From: Mobula hypostoma
Taxonomy: Eukaryota
Assembly: GCF_963921235.1 (NCBI RefSeq)
Contig: NC_086097.1
Span: 202,742,001-202,806,000 of the forward strand
Direction: 5' to 3'
Length of the DNA: 64,000 nt
Shown: piece by piece, positions 63,400 to 64,000 of the stretch
Numbering within the stretch: position 1 is the stretch's first letter
Layout: the number at the start of each line of letters is the position of its first letter
Made by a program: the position numbers and the translations under genes
The notes under the pieces: generated by a model
What the model was told of the DNA's origin: nothing
The model's database searches: none
Seen by the model: only the letters and a program-made list of their open reading frames with translations

Positions 63400-63985
63400 A
63401 GAAACAGCAGATGCTCGAATTAGAAGAACTCAGTGGGCATGCAGCATATGTGGAGGTAAAAGGTAGAAGTTGTCTTTGGATGGAGAGCATCATTTGAAAG
63501 AGTAAATCATAATGGTCATCTCTTAAGCATCTCGTAGTAGTCACTAATTCCCCTTCCCATTCCAGCACCAATTTGTCTTTCCTTTGCTTTCTCCATTGTT
63601 ACAGAGAGGCCAAATTGGAAGTACAACTTGTGTGTGCTGCTGGGGGAGTTCACAACCCGGTGCTGTGAATGCTGAATTTTCCAGTTTCGGGTAACCCATA
63701 GCTTGGTGCTGTCCTCCCACGTACACTCTGTGCACCTACTTTTCTTCCTTTGTTCACCCCTCCCATCTTTTTTCCCCACCCCCTCCATCTGATCTGGTTC
63801 CATCTATCCATCATTCCCTGTTCATCTGGCTCCACCTATCACCTACCAGTCCATATGCCACCACCCCCTCCCCAAATAGTGCTGTGTACTGGCCACCGTT
63901 CCTGTTCCTTGATTCAGGGCTGTTAACCCAAAGCTTCAGTTTATATCTTTTGCCTTCAGAGGTGCTGTTTAGCTTGCTGAATTCT
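63400..63985. mobile_element. Old Penelope-like remnant
   Basis: Degenerate pLTR and GIY-YIG C-terminal nucleotide similarity. Confidence 0.5.
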
Positions 63986-64000
63986 ACAAGAATTATGACC

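Noticed and set aside
1..64000. CRISPR arrays, rRNA, tRNA genes or prokaryotic systems
   Set aside because: None seen. All repeats are dispersed eukaryotic TEs, and the only tRNA-like box is in a SINE.

Overview
This is vertebrate genomic DNA, probably from a cartilaginous fish (inferred from the repeat families, not proven). I recognise only one host coding element: a 220-bp internal exon of SPIDR (7078-7297, + strand). The rest is intron filled with nested transposable elements. These include many CR1 LINEs (one essentially full-length), a near-intact 5.9-kb L1, a ~3-kb Vingi-type LINE, Rex1/Babar fragments, the 3' end of a HERO-type (RLE) element, Penelope-like elements with minimal hammerhead ribozyme motifs, four Tigger/pogo derivatives, Tc1 and hAT remnants, SINEs, and a decayed TG..CA LTR element with gag zinc knuckles and a protease that the ORF track misses. 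The items most worth following up are a hammerhead-like motif in non-canonical strand order in the HERO 3'UTR, the Penelope hammerheads and their hairpin mini-insertions, the LTR element with non-matching ends, and a possibly spliced CR1 copy with a tandem CCAAT/TATA upstream promoter. All family names come from motif recognition; I ran no database searches.
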